Origin: an uncultured Lachnospiraceae bacterium
Lineage (GTDB): Bacteria > Bacillota > Clostridia > Oscillospirales > CAG-272
Direction: 5' to 3'
NCBI GenBank assembly: GCA_964413365.1
Contig: CAYPRM010000002.1
Span: 14,992 to 72,876, forward strand
Length of the DNA: 57,885 nt
Below, in pieces: positions 42,342-52,923 of this stretch (position 1 is its first letter; each line of letters opens with the position of its first letter). The translations under genes were made by a program, and so were the position numbers. The notes under the pieces were generated by a model that made no database searches, was not told where the DNA came from, and was given only the letters and a program-made list of their open reading frames with translations.

Positions 42342-45300
42342 CCCAGTCTCCTTCCTTCTTCTTAGCTATGTCCGCCACATTGAGCGAAAGCACCTTGGAG
42401 ATGCCGTGCTCGGGCATTGTAACACCGTAGAGGCGGTTGGCGGACTCCATAGTTCCTCTCCTGTGCGTGATGAGTATGAACTGCGTACCACCCGTATATT
42501 TCTTGATGTACTCCGAAAATCTTGAAACGTTTGCCTCGTCGAGTGCCGCCTCGATCTCGTCAAGTATGCAGAAGGGCGATGGGTTGACCTGAAGCACCGC
42601 AAAGAACAGTGCTATCGCGATGAACGCCTGCTCACCGCCCGAGAGCTGCATAAGATTCTTGATGATCTTCCCGGGAGGTGCCGCCTTGATTTCTATTCCG
42701 CAGTTGAGAACGTCCTCGGGATCGCTGAGGCTCAGCTCCGCATATCCACCGCCGAACAGCTCGACGAACACCCTGTTGAAGTTTTCGTTTATCTTGTTGA
42801 ACGAGTCCACAAATGCGGTCTTCATCTCGGTATCGAGGCGTGAGATTATCTTCTCCAGCTCGGCGCGAGAAGTATTAAGATCGCTTATCTGCTTGCTCAT
42901 ATAGTCGTACCTCTCCTTGACCTCCTTATACTTGCTTACGGCGTCAAGGTCGACGTTTCCTATCGCACGGAGCTTGTTTCTGCACTCTGTCTGAAGCTTT
43001 ACAAGTGCAGGACGCTCCTCGGCGGTGATCTCCTCGTATCCGAGAGCCATCGCCTGCGCACGGGTGAGCTCGTGGTCGTCCCAAAGCTTGCCCGAGAGCT
43101 TGTCATACTCGCTCTTAAGGTTGTTTATCTTGTTTTCGTTTGCGGAGAACTCCCTGTAAAGTATCTCCTTCTCCGCGGTCTTTTCCTTGATCCTTGCATT
43201 GATCGCGCTGATCCTCTGCTCGTACTCCGTGCCGTTTTCCTCAAGGGATGCACGCGAGCGGTTGAGCTCTGCAAGAAGCTCCTCGCCACGCTTCAGCTCC
43301 TCCGCACCCTCGAGCCTTGCGCTCTCAAGCTGTGCGAGCCTCTCGCGATGCTCCGCCTCACGCTCGTCGTGCGAGGTGATATCGGATTCGAGGCTTGCAA
43401 TGTGCTCCTTGCTCTTTTCGATAAGGAGCGTCTCGGTCTCAATATCCTTCTGAAGCTCATTTATGCGAATGTAGATCTTGGTAAGATCGCCCGAGATCTC
43501 GTCCCTCTCGTCAGCAAGCCCGTTGCGCTCTATGTCCTTCTCCGAGCGCAGCTCGCTTATAGCGGTGAGCTTTTCCTCACAAAGAGCAAGCTGCTCGGTA
43601 AGTCCTGCGTAGTCCTCCTCGTACTGCTCACGGAGCTTGACGATGCCGTCATAGTCCTCGCGAAGCTTCTCCATAAGAGTCCTGTTCGCATCAAGCTTTG
43701 CCGTAACCTGCTGAAGCTTGCTGTTCTCACTGCTCGCCATAAGGGAGATTATCTTCTTCCTGTCCTCGAGCGTGCCTATGTCGCTCTCATATTTCTCTAT
43801 ATCTCTCGTGAGCGTCTCATGCTCGCCCGTAAATACCTTTATCGAGTCCTCCAGCCTCTTGCACTCCTCGCCGAGTCTCTTGATCTCGCCCGCGCGTGAA
43901 AGTATGCTCTGCGAATGCTTGACCGAGCCACCCGTGAACGAGCCGCCGACGTTTATCTGCTGACCGTCAAGGGTTATCGCCCTAACGCGGTATTTGAGGC
44001 TGCGCGCCATCTCCGTGGCGTTGTCTATGTTGTCAAAGACCGCGATCCTGCCGAGCATATAGGAAACTATGCTCATATATTCCGCATCGGTGCTCACAAG
44101 GTCGTCCGCAAAGGCGATAAAGCCGCGATAGCCCGACGCCTCCTTAAGCTCCTGCGAGATGGTGGGTGCCTTTATCGCGCTGATGGGCATAAACGTCGCC
44201 CTGCCCTGCTCGCTTTTCTTGAGTGCGAGCATCGCCGACTTTGCGACGGTCTCGTTCTCGACGACGATGTTCTGCATCGACGCGCCGAGGCTCGTTTCAA
44301 CGGCAACGACGTACCTGTCCTCAACGCTGATGAGCCTTGATATGGGGCCGTGTATCTTGCCTATTCCCGTGCCGTCGGGATTTTTGAGCTTTCCCTCGGC
44401 ATACGTTCTCATAATATAGCGAACGCTGTTATTATAGCCCTCAAGCTGATCGTCCATCGCCTTGAAGGTGTCTATCCTCTGCCTTGTGGATTGGAGAGTG
44501 AGCCTTTCGGAATTGAGTCTCTCCGCAACGCCGTCCCTCTCCTGAGTGATACGTGTCAGGCTCTCACGAAGCTCTGTGATCTTCCTGTCGCTGTTCTCTG
44601 TGTCCCCGGTATACCCGTCAATGGTGTGCTGTATCTTCTTCTGCGACGCGGTAAGCTCCTCGTCGATCCTCGAATATTCCCTCAGCTCCGCAAGCAGGGT
44701 GTCGTTCTTGTCGCTGTCACTGCTCCTTGCGTTCTCAATGACGGAAAGACGCACACCGAGCTGTATCTTGTCGCTCTCGATAGCTCTCATATCCGTCAGA
44801 GCCTCCGCAATCCCGCGGTCGAGCGAGTCGATCCTCTTGTCGAGGTCTGCAATACTGTCCTCCATGCTGTCGTGCTCTGCGAGCCTCTGCTCCGCCTCTG
44901 CCTTTATCTGCTCGATACGGGCGAGATGGCTGTCAATGTCGCGCTTCTCGTTCTCAATGGACGTGTGTATCTGCGCCTTAGCCTGTGTGCCCGACTCTAT
45001 GAGCGCATGAATGTGCAGAGCGTCGTTCTCGTTGACACGGAAGCTGCTCTCGAGCTTGTGATTTTTGTCGGTCTGCTCCCTTATCTGTGTGAGCAATCTC
45101 TCCGACTCGTATCTGTTCGCCTGCGATGCCTCTGTAAGCTTATCCCTCTGCGCCTCGTAGGAAGCGACCGCCTCCTCTGCGGCGGTAAGCTCAAAGCTCG
45201 ACTGCTTGTAGAGCATTTCGATGCGTGCGATATCGTTTCTGTACCTCTCGGTGTCGAAGAACCAGAGCTGAACGTCCGCCTTCTTCTTCATTTCAAGAAG

Positions 45301-45957
45301 CTCGATGGCACGCTTGGCCTTCTCCGCCTCCTTTTCAAGAGGTCCGACCTGCGAGCTTATCTCAAGGAAGATATCGTTGACACGAGTCATATTTTCCTCG
45401 GTCTGTGCGAGCTTTCTCTCACTCTCCGTCTTCTTGTGGCGGAACTTCGCGATGCCCGACGCATCCTCAAAGATGCTCCTTCTCTCCTCGCTCTTGCGGG
45501 AAATGATCTCCGCGATCTTTCCCTGACCGATTATGGAATAGCCCTCGCGTCCGATACCCGTGTTCATAAAGAGCTCGTAAATATCACGCAGTCTTACGGG
45601 GCGTTTATTTATAAAATATTCACTCTCGCCCGAGCGGTAGTAGCGTCGTGTTACGACCACCTCATCGTAGGGCGCGTCGAGCTTGTTTTCGGGATCGGTG
45701 TTATCAAAGGTAACGGACACCTCCGCAAAGCCCATGGGCTTTCGGCTGTCCGCACCGCCGAATATGACGTCCTCCATCTTGTTCGAGCGCAGGCTCTTCG
45801 ACGAGATCTCGCCGAGCACCCAGCGCATCGCGTCCGAGATATTCGATTTTCCGCTTCCGTTAGGACCGACTATGACCGTCGCGCCCTGCTCGAACGTCAG
45901 CTTCGTTTTGTCGGGGAAGGATTTGAACCCCTGCATCTCAAGACTTTTTAAATACAA
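42325..45957 (-). CDS. smc: Chromosome segregation protein SMC
   Basis: 1210 aa, N-terminal GPNGSGKSN Walker A, long coiled coils, hinge, C-terminal LSGGEQ signature and DEIEAALD Walker B. Confidence 0.97.
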   Translation of the reverse strand: MYLKSLEMQGFKSFPDKTKLTFEQGATVIVGPNGSGKSNISDAMRWVLGEISSKSLRSNKMEDVIFGGADSRKPMGFAEVSVTFDNTDPENKLDAPYDEVVVTRRYYRSGESEYFINKRPVRLRDIYELFMNTGIGREGYSIIGQGKIAEIISRKSEERRSIFEDASGIAKFRHKKTESERKLAQTEENMTRVNDIFLEISSQVGPLEKEAEKAKRAIELLEMKKKADVQLWFFDTERYRNDIARIEMLYKQSSFELTAAEEAVASYEAQRDKLTEASQANRYESERLLTQIREQTDKNHKLESSFRVNENDALHIHALIESGTQAKAQIHTSIENEKRDIDSHLARIEQIKAEAEQRLAEHDSMEDSIADLDKRIDSLDRGIAEALTDMRAIESDKIQLGVRLSVIENARSSDSDKNDTLLAELREYSRIDEELTASQKKIQHTIDGYTGDTENSDRKITELRESLTRITQERDGVAERLNSERLTLQSTRQRIDTFKAMDDQLEGYNNSVRYIMRTYAEGKLKNPDGTGIGKIHGPISRLISVEDRYVVAVETSLGASMQNIVVENETVAKSAMLALKKSEQGRATFMPISAIKAPTISQELKEASGYRGFIAFADDLVSTDAEYMSIVSYMLGRIAVFDNIDNATEMARSLKYRVRAITLDGQQINVGGSFTGGSVKHSQSILSRAGEIKRLGEECKRLEDSIKVFTGEHETLTRDIEKYESDIGTLEDRKKIISLMASSENSKLQQVTAKLDANRTLMEKLREDYDGIVKLREQYEEDYAGLTEQLALCEEKLTAISELRSEKDIERNGLADERDEISGDLTKIYIRINELQKDIETETLLIEKSKEHIASLESDITSHDEREAEHRERLAQLESARLEGAEELKRGEELLAELNRSRASLEENGTEYEQRISAINARIKEKTAEKEILYREFSANENKINNLKSEYDKLSGKLWDDHELTRAQAMALGYEEITAEERPALVKLQTECRNKLRAIGNVDLDAVSKYKEVKERYDYMSKQISDLNTSRAELEKIISRLDTEMKTAFVDSFNKINENFNRVFVELFGGGYAELSLSDPEDVLNCGIEIKAAPPGKIIKNLMQLSGGEQAFIAIALFFAVLQVNPSPFCILDEIEAALDEANVSRFSEYIKKYTGGTQFILITHRRGTMESANRLYGVTMPEHGISKVLSLNVADIAKKKEGDWDGIFG

Positions 45958-45999
45958 TGCTTTATCCTCCTTTTCATCGGGTAGGGTAACTACAATTAC

Positions 46000-47016
46000 T
46001 TAATTTATTCCTATTCCTATATTATACCGCAAAAGTTCACTTTTTTCAAGAACTTTTACACTCTTTATTCCATATTTTTGGCATATTTTTGCGATATTCG
46101 CGCGTTTTTGACCGACCACCTTCGACACCTCGCCCCTCGGGCACTCGATAATGAGCCTCTCCGCACCAAAAATGTCCGCTCTTGCGTCTATCTTTTCGCA
46201 GATGAGGTCTAAATAGAGCGCACTCATAGCAAGCTCGCCGATCGACGGATGGCTCGCACCCCCTGCAACAAGGGAGGGATCGGAAAGGCTCTCCCCCGAG
46301 CAAAGTCCTACTCTTATACAGGGTACGCCACGCTCCACAAAGACTCGCAGAGCGTCCCTTGTGCGTGCGACTGCGTCCTCGGTCGTCAGTGGCAGGTATT
46401 CCCCGCGCTCAAGCATGGCGCAAAGCTCCGTTTCGTAAAAAACTACCGTCGGGTATATTCTCGCACCGTCAGCACCCATATCGCATATTCTGCGTGCCGT
46501 CATTATCTCCTTCTCCGCGTTCGACGATGGCAGTCCTATCATCATCTGACCTATAAGTTCAAAGCCACGCTCCTTGATCATGCGGCAAGCCCTCTCCGCC
46601 TGCTCTGCGGTGTGTCCCCGACGGGCGGCAAGCAGTACCTCGTCGTCCATGCTCTGAAGTCCAAGCTCCACAGTCCTCACGGAATACTCCGAGAGTATGT
46701 CAAGGATCTCCGCATCTATGTAGTCAGGGCGCGTGGAGAGACGTATCCTCCTCACCCTGCCCCCGTCGACGTAGCTCTGCGCTATCGAAAGCAGCTCCCT
46801 CATGAGCGTGCGGTCAATGCCCGTAAACGAGCCTCCGAAGAAGGCTATCTCCACATCATCGTCAGTCCCGACCGTTGATAACACGCTCTCAATATCACGC
46901 CTTACCGAGGAAATGTCAAAGCTCATTTTGCCCGATATCGAGCGTTGGTTGCAGAAAACGCACATATTTGGGCACCCGAGGTGGGGTATGAAGATCGGTA
47001 TATTTATGTGTCGCAT
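46000..47016 (-). CDS. Radical SAM protein (ELP3-like core, no acetyltransferase domain)
   Basis: IPIFIPHLGCPNMCVFCNQ CxxxCxxC motif. Lies between rnc and smc. Confidence 0.8.
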   Translation of the reverse strand: MRHINIPIFIPHLGCPNMCVFCNQRSISGKMSFDISSVRRDIESVLSTVGTDDDVEIAFFGGSFTGIDRTLMRELLSIAQSYVDGGRVRRIRLSTRPDYIDAEILDILSEYSVRTVELGLQSMDDEVLLAARRGHTAEQAERACRMIKERGFELIGQMMIGLPSSNAEKEIMTARRICDMGADGARIYPTVVFYETELCAMLERGEYLPLTTEDAVARTRDALRVFVERGVPCIRVGLCSGESLSDPSLVAGGASHPSIGELAMSALYLDLICEKIDARADIFGAERLIIECPRGEVSKVVGQKRANIAKICQKYGIKSVKVLEKSELLRYNIGIGIN

Positions 47017-47059
47017 CTCGTTCTCCTTACACTTTCACACTTTTCAAAAAAGTCAAAGA

Positions 47060-47085
47060 GGGGATCGGATAAAAATCCGATTCCC
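47060..47085 (-). terminator. Possible weak terminator or hairpin after rnc
   Basis: GGGAATCGGA-ttttta-TCCGATCCCC (one mismatch), followed by a T-rich tract that is not contiguous. Confidence 0.35.
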
Positions 47086-47093
47086 GTCTCCGA

Positions 47094-47807
47094 TCAAAGC
47101 TCTCCAAAGAGCGCAAGAGCCTCACGCGCGGCGTTTTGCTCCGCCTCGCGCTTACTGCTTCCGACTCCTCTGCCTATTATGTTTGAATTGAGTCTCGCCT
47201 CGACCTCAAATACCTTGTCGTGGTCGGGGCCTCTCGACGCCACGGTAACGTAGGTGAGCGTGTCCTCTCCCGACTGCTGTATCATCTGCTGAAGCTCGGA
47301 CTTGTAATCCTTGACTGCGTTTCCGCTCTCCCACGCTGCAAGCTCCTTTTCAAAAAAGGGGTGAACGATGTTGAATATAACGTCAAGCTTGAATGGATCT
47401 CCGTCCTTGTATATCGCACCGATGAGTGCCTCAAAGGTGTTCTCGAGCAGGCTCTTTCTCTCTCTCGCACCGCTCTTTTCCTCGCCGTTACCGAGGTAGA
47501 GATACGAGCCGAGATCAAGCTCCCTTGCGTATGCCGAGAGCGCATCGCGGCAGACTATCACCGCACGGCGGCGTGTAAGCTCGCCCTCGGGGTAGTCGGG
47601 GTACTTGCTGAAAAGATATGACGCGGCGGTTATCGAGAGCACGCTGTCGCCGAGAAATTCAAGACGCTCGTTGCACTCGACATTCTTTCCCCTGAGCTTG
47701 AGCTCATTGGAATACGAGGAGTGAGTAAGAGCCGTTTTGAGATATCCTATATTTTTGAATTTATAGCCGAGCTTTTCCTCAAGCTCCGAAAAATTTTTGT
47801 TCTGCAT
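47094..47807 (-). CDS. rnc: Ribonuclease III
   Basis: NERLEFLGDSVL signature and a C-terminal dsRBD (GxGxSKReAEQ). Confidence 0.96.
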   Translation of the reverse strand: MQNKNFSELEEKLGYKFKNIGYLKTALTHSSYSNELKLRGKNVECNERLEFLGDSVLSITAASYLFSKYPDYPEGELTRRRAVIVCRDALSAYARELDLGSYLYLGNGEEKSGARERKSLLENTFEALIGAIYKDGDPFKLDVIFNIVHPFFEKELAAWESGNAVKDYKSELQQMIQQSGEDTLTYVTVASRGPDHDKVFEVEARLNSNIIGRGVGSSKREAEQNAAREALALFGEL

Positions 47808-47835
47808 TAAGCCTTACGACCTCCGTTCTTGCTTT

Positions 47836-49182
47836 TTATTTGCACAGGGAGATCTCCCGTGCCGATATATTGATCGCCTCAAGTGCACGGGCGGATAACG
47901 CCTCGCACTTTGCGACCTTGCCGCCCTTGACCTTGTAGCCGAGCGGCTTTACTATTCCGAAATTTGCGTTCATTGGAACGAATTTTCCCGTGCTTCCCCT
48001 CTCGATGTATGCCGCCATAGCGCCTATGACGGTCTCCTCGGGGAATATCACACCGTCCCTGCCGAGAGCACGCATGGCGGCGTTTATGCCTGCCACGAGT
48101 CCCGAGCCTGCGGACTCTATATATCCCTCAACGCCCGTCATCTGTCCTGCGAAAAAGACGCTCGGATGCTCTATCATCGAGTAGTCCCTGCGAAGTAGGC
48201 CCGGGGAATTGAGATAGGTGTTTCTGTGCATTATTCCGTATCTGAGGAATTCCGCCTCACCAAGTCCCGGGATCATTCTGAATACCCTTCTCTGCTCGGG
48301 AAACGCGAGGTGAGTCTGGAAACCGACGATATTGTACATCGTGCCCTCAAGATTCTCCTTGCGGAGCTGTACCACGGCAAACGGCTCCTTGCCCGTCCTC
48401 GGATCGGGAAGTCCCACGGGCTTGAGAGGTCCGTAGCAGAGCGTGTCGTAGCCCCTGCGAGCCATTACCTCAACGGGCATACAGCCCTCGAAAACATTGA
48501 TCTTCTCCTGCTCCGCACGGTCAAATTCCTTGATCTCCGCCTCACGTGCGCCGATAAGCTCACGGTAAAAGGCGTCGTATTCCTCACGGCTCATCGGGCA
48601 ATTGATATAATCCGCGTCGCCCTTGCCGTAGCGTGATGCGAAATACGCAATACTCATATCTATGCTCGAAAAATCGACGATGGGCGCGGCGGCATCAAAG
48701 AAATGAAGTCCGTGCGCATCGAGGTCCTCCTCAATGTATCTCGCCATAGCGTCGCTCGTAAGAGGGCCTGTCGCTATGACCGTGATACCCTCCGTGTCGA
48801 CGCTCTCCGCCTCCTGTGAGACGATCTCGATGAGGGGATGAGTCTTTATCTTATCCGTAATATAGTCCGAAAAAAGCTTCCTGTCGACCGCAAGCGCCGA
48901 GCCTGCAGGAACGCGCGTGGCGTCCGCCGCCTCCATTATGAGCGAGCCGAGCCTGCGCATCTCCTCCTTCAGAAGCCCTACGGCATTTGTAACGCTGTCG
49001 GAGCGGAGGGAATTTGAGCAGACTAACTCCGCAAAGCCCTCCGTGTGGTGTGCGGGGGTGTATTTTATCGGCTTCATCTCAATGAGCCTTACACTAACGC
49101 CCCTCTGCGCTATCTGCCATGCCGCCTCACAGCCTGCAAGACCTGCGCCGAGCACCGTTACGCATTTGTTGGTGTCATTCAT
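47836..49182 (-). CDS. trmFO: Methylenetetrahydrofolate--tRNA-(uracil54-C5)-methyltransferase TrmFO
   Basis: VTVLGAGLAGCEAAWQIA FAD motif and Gid/TrmFO-type sequence. Start at MNDTNK (ATG at 49182), overlapping the topA stop by 8 nt. The track N-terminal extension lies inside topA. Confidence 0.93.
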   Translation of the reverse strand: MNDTNKCVTVLGAGLAGCEAAWQIAQRGVSVRLIEMKPIKYTPAHHTEGFAELVCSNSLRSDSVTNAVGLLKEEMRRLGSLIMEAADATRVPAGSALAVDRKLFSDYITDKIKTHPLIEIVSQEAESVDTEGITVIATGPLTSDAMARYIEEDLDAHGLHFFDAAAPIVDFSSIDMSIAYFASRYGKGDADYINCPMSREEYDAFYRELIGAREAEIKEFDRAEQEKINVFEGCMPVEVMARRGYDTLCYGPLKPVGLPDPRTGKEPFAVVQLRKENLEGTMYNIVGFQTHLAFPEQRRVFRMIPGLGEAEFLRYGIMHRNTYLNSPGLLRRDYSMIEHPSVFFAGQMTGVEGYIESAGSGLVAGINAAMRALGRDGVIFPEETVIGAMAAYIERGSTGKFVPMNANFGIVKPLGYKVKGGKVAKCEALSARALEAINISAREISLCK

Positions 49183-51481
49183 CGCTCTCGTTCTCCTCGC
49201 CGTGCTGTGTCTCCGTCCTCTTGTAGCCGCACGCCTTGTCAGCGCAGTACAAAAGATCCTTGCCCTTCTTCGAGAAGAGCATTCCGCCGCAGTTGGGGCA
49301 GACCTCGTCAGTCGGCATATCCCAGCTCGAGAAATCGCAGCTCGGATAATTTTCACAGCTGTAAAAGGCGTTCCTTCTCTTGCTGTATTTTGTAACTATC
49401 TTGCCTCCGCACTTGGGGCAGGGCGTGGAAAGCTCCCTTGAGCGTGTCTTTATAAATTTGCACTCGGGATATTTAGAGCAAGCCCAGAACGTGCCGAAGC
49501 GGCTTGAGCGGAGCACCATATCCGCACCGCACCTTTCACATTTGGGTGCAGGCTCACCGCTTGCCTCCTCACCGCCGTCCGATACGGGTGTGGGATCTGC
49601 CGTGCCGTTCTCGGAGACGAGGGGCTTGGTGTTACGGCAGGTGGGGAAATTGGGGCAGGCGGCAAATTTGCCGAAGCGTCCCGTTTTCACTATCATTTTG
49701 GCACCGCACTTCTCGCAGATGATGTCCGTTTCCTCAACGGGCACGGAGATCTCCTCCGCTCCTATCCTCTGCTCCGCGCGATCAAGGTCGTCCTTGAATT
49801 TGCCCCAGAATTCATTGAGAAATTCGATATAGTCAAGCTCGCCCGACTCGATCCTGTCAAGCCCCGTTTCGAGATTTGCGGTAAAGCGGTAGTCGACGAT
49901 ATCGCCGAAATTCTCCTCCATTATCTTGGTCGTAAGGACGCCGAGCTGTGTGGGCACGAGTGCCTTACCGTCACGGCTGACGTAGTTCCTTGCGATTATG
50001 GTCGTAATTATTGGTGTGTACGTGCTCGGTCTGCCAATTCCCTTTTCCTCAAGGAATTTTATCAGCGTAGCCTCGGTGTACCTCGGGGGCGCCTCGGTAA
50101 AATGTTTCTCGGGGGTTACAGCCACAAGTCCGAGTCTCTCTCCCGTCTTAAGGTCGGGAAGCTTGATATCCCTGACGAGCGCGACCTCATCTCCCGAGCT
50201 TTTCTGCTCCTCGGTAGCCTCATAGACCGCCATATATCCGCCGAACGCAACGTTATATCCGCTCGCACGGAAAATGCATCCGCCGCTCTCAAAATCAGCG
50301 CTGACGGTGTTCAGTCTTGCGGACTGCATCTGGGACGCAACGAATCTCTCCCAGATGAGCTTGTAGAGCTTATACTGATCGGGCGTGAGCGATTTCTTGA
50401 TGAGTGCAGGCGCAAGCTCGACCTTTGAGGGCCTTATCGCCTCGTGAGCATCCTGCGCACCCTTGCTCGTCTTAAATCTTCTTGCCGTCTTGGGCAGGTA
50501 TTCCTCGCCGTATCTCTCGGCAATAAAATCCCTTGCCGCCGCCTGAGCCTCTGTTGAAACTCTGAGCGAGTCGGTTCTCATATAGGTTATAAGTCCCTGT
50601 ACTCCGCCAAGCTCCGAGCCGAGGTTCACGCCCTCATACAGCTCCTGCGCGACCTTCATCGTGCGCGCGGATCTGAAGCCGAGCTTATTTGCCGCCTCCT
50701 GCTGCATGGTGGAGGTGGTGAAGGGCGGTGCGGGCATCTTCTGCTTCTCCGCTCTCTTTACGCCCCTAACGACGAATTCGCCGCTCTGCGCTCTCCTTGC
50801 GATCTCCTGCGCCTGCTCGCCGCAGGTAACCTTGACTCTACCGCTCGCATCTCCCCAAAATCTTGCGGAGAATTCCGCTCCGTCAGAGCTGCGAAGTGCT
50901 GCCTCGAGCGTCCAATATTCCTCGGGCACGAACGCATTTATCTCGTTCTCCCTCTCGACGATTATCCTCGTCGCCACGGACTGCACTCTGCCTGCTGAGA
51001 GTCCGCTCTTTACGGTCTTCCAAAGCAGGGGGCTGATCTTGTAGCCGACGATCCTGTCGAGCAAACGGCGTGTCTGCTGTGAGTTGACGAGATCCATATC
51101 TATGCTCCTCGGCTCCTTGATGGACGCCTTCACCGCGGTGGGCGTTATCTCGTTGAAGCTCACGCGGAGCGTCTTTTCCACGGGAATTCCCAAAACGTTC
51201 GAGAGGTGCCATGCTATAGCCTCTCCCTCGCGGTCGGGGTCGGTTGCAAAAAATACCTTTTTCGCTCCCTTAGCCTCCTTCTTTATCTCCTTGATAAGGT
51301 CACCCTTACCTCTGATATTTATATAATGTGCGTCAAATCCATTTTCAATATCTATACCGAGGGTGCTCTTCGGAAGATCGCGAAGATGCCCCTTTGACGC
51401 CACCACCTTATAGCTCGAGCCGAGATACTTCTTTATCGGTCCGACCTTAGTGGGGGACTCAACGATAACAAGATTTGCCAT
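49175..51481 (-). CDS. topA: DNA topoisomerase I
   Basis: TOPRIM N-terminus (LVIVESPTK), catalytic region (ITYMRTDS) and several C-terminal Cys4 zinc ribbons. Confidence 0.97.
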   Translation of the reverse strand: MANLVIVESPTKVGPIKKYLGSSYKVVASKGHLRDLPKSTLGIDIENGFDAHYINIRGKGDLIKEIKKEAKGAKKVFFATDPDREGEAIAWHLSNVLGIPVEKTLRVSFNEITPTAVKASIKEPRSIDMDLVNSQQTRRLLDRIVGYKISPLLWKTVKSGLSAGRVQSVATRIIVERENEINAFVPEEYWTLEAALRSSDGAEFSARFWGDASGRVKVTCGEQAQEIARRAQSGEFVVRGVKRAEKQKMPAPPFTTSTMQQEAANKLGFRSARTMKVAQELYEGVNLGSELGGVQGLITYMRTDSLRVSTEAQAAARDFIAERYGEEYLPKTARRFKTSKGAQDAHEAIRPSKVELAPALIKKSLTPDQYKLYKLIWERFVASQMQSARLNTVSADFESGGCIFRASGYNVAFGGYMAVYEATEEQKSSGDEVALVRDIKLPDLKTGERLGLVAVTPEKHFTEAPPRYTEATLIKFLEEKGIGRPSTYTPIITTIIARNYVSRDGKALVPTQLGVLTTKIMEENFGDIVDYRFTANLETGLDRIESGELDYIEFLNEFWGKFKDDLDRAEQRIGAEEISVPVEETDIICEKCGAKMIVKTGRFGKFAACPNFPTCRNTKPLVSENGTADPTPVSDGGEEASGEPAPKCERCGADMVLRSSRFGTFWACSKYPECKFIKTRSRELSTPCPKCGGKIVTKYSKRRNAFYSCENYPSCDFSSWDMPTDEVCPNCGGMLFSKKGKDLLYCADKACGYKRTETQHGEENESDE

Positions 51482-51514
51482 ACTCTTTTCCTTTCGTAAA
51501 TTATTGCTTATTGC

Positions 51515-52873
51515 TTATTTTCTGATATACATTCCGCCCGGGAGCGAGTAGATCAGTCCCTTGATCTCAAGGATCGTCAGCCCTGCCATCAGCGTTCCCG
51601 TCGGGTAGCCGAGCGTGCTGAGCTTGTCAAGAGATGTCGGTCTGTCGCACGCAAGCTCGTCAAAGATCCTTCTCTGCTCCTCGCTGAGAGTAGAGAGAAC
51701 GCTCTCGTCGGGCGCACTCTGCGGTGCTTCCTCCGTAGCAGCGGTGCTCGCCTTACCGTCGGAAAGCTTTTTTATCTTAGGCACGGAATAGTATTCGCTA
51801 TTCTGACCGATATTGTCATTCAGCTGATCGTTCAGCTTTTTGAGCAGAGATGCAGGAGTTCCCTGCGGTCCTCTGCCGTGGCAGTTCGCCGAGATGTCAA
51901 GCTCCTTGAGTATTCCCGTATCAAAATCCGAGCTCATCTCCGCTCTGCGAAGCCTTGCGGGATCGACCTTCTTCGATCTGCTCTCAAAATAATACTGCAA
52001 TATGTCCGCCGCGCAGGTTATTGCGACAGCGCCGTTCTTGATGAGCATATTAGGTCCCTCGCTCATCGGCTCCTCAATGCTTCCGGGTAGCGCATATACC
52101 GCCCTCGACTGCTCCGCGGCATATTCCGCAGTTATGAGCGCGCCGCTGGTCTTTGGTGCTTCGATAACGAGCGTTCCCTCGCTGAGTGCGCTGATTATTG
52201 AATTTCTCTCGGGAAAATGATTTTTGTACGCAGGCGTCCCCGGGTGGTACGCAGTTATCACCGCTCCGTGCTCGCAGATCGCGCGGCGAAGCCTCCTGTG
52301 CTGCTTCGGATAGATGACGTCAATACCGCAGCCGAGCACGGCGATGGTCGTTCCCCCACCTGCAATAGCTCCTGCGTGTGCAACGGAATCAATGCCGAGA
52401 GCCATACCGCTAACGATAACAGCCCCTGCCGCCGCAAGCTCATAAGAAAGCTTATAGCCCGAGCGCATACCGTATTCCGTCATCTTGCGTGTTCCGACGA
52501 CGGAAACGCAGAGCTTATTGTTGAGATTTGGGATATTTCCCATATAATAGAGCAGGATCGGCGGCTTTTTCATCTCGCGCAGGGAGTCGGGATAGTACGA
52601 GTCCGCATAGGTCAGTATGCCTACATTGTTTGTCCTGCACCAGCTCCATATCGACGATGCCTCCCCGAGATCCTTGTCAAGAAGAAGCTCGATCTGACGG
52701 GAATTCAGGCAATCCGCCTCCGAAAGCTCCTCCCTGCCCGCGCCGTATACGCAGTATGCAGAGCCGTCAAAGCTCTCGAGCAGACGCTGAAAGCTCGAAT
52801 TGTGATTTCCGAGCCTCAGAGAGAGCCATATCCAATACAGATTATCCGATTTTCTGTGCGAATTATTATCCAT
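51515..52873 (-). CDS. dprA: DNA-processing protein DprA (Smf)
   Basis: VSVVGTRKMTEYG...SGMALGIDSVAHAGA Rossmann core and a C-terminal winged helix. Start at the ATG at 52873, downstream of the preceding gene's stop. Confidence 0.9.
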   Translation of the reverse strand: MDNNSHRKSDNLYWIWLSLRLGNHNSSFQRLLESFDGSAYCVYGAGREELSEADCLNSRQIELLLDKDLGEASSIWSWCRTNNVGILTYADSYYPDSLREMKKPPILLYYMGNIPNLNNKLCVSVVGTRKMTEYGMRSGYKLSYELAAAGAVIVSGMALGIDSVAHAGAIAGGGTTIAVLGCGIDVIYPKQHRRLRRAICEHGAVITAYHPGTPAYKNHFPERNSIISALSEGTLVIEAPKTSGALITAEYAAEQSRAVYALPGSIEEPMSEGPNMLIKNGAVAITCAADILQYYFESRSKKVDPARLRRAEMSSDFDTGILKELDISANCHGRGPQGTPASLLKKLNDQLNDNIGQNSEYYSVPKIKKLSDGKASTAATEEAPQSAPDESVLSTLSEEQRRIFDELACDRPTSLDKLSTLGYPTGTLMAGLTILEIKGLIYSLPGGMYIRK

Positions 52874-52923
52874 AGCTTGTATCTTACCTCGATCCTTAAA
52901 AGCATTGAAATGATCGGTCGCGA

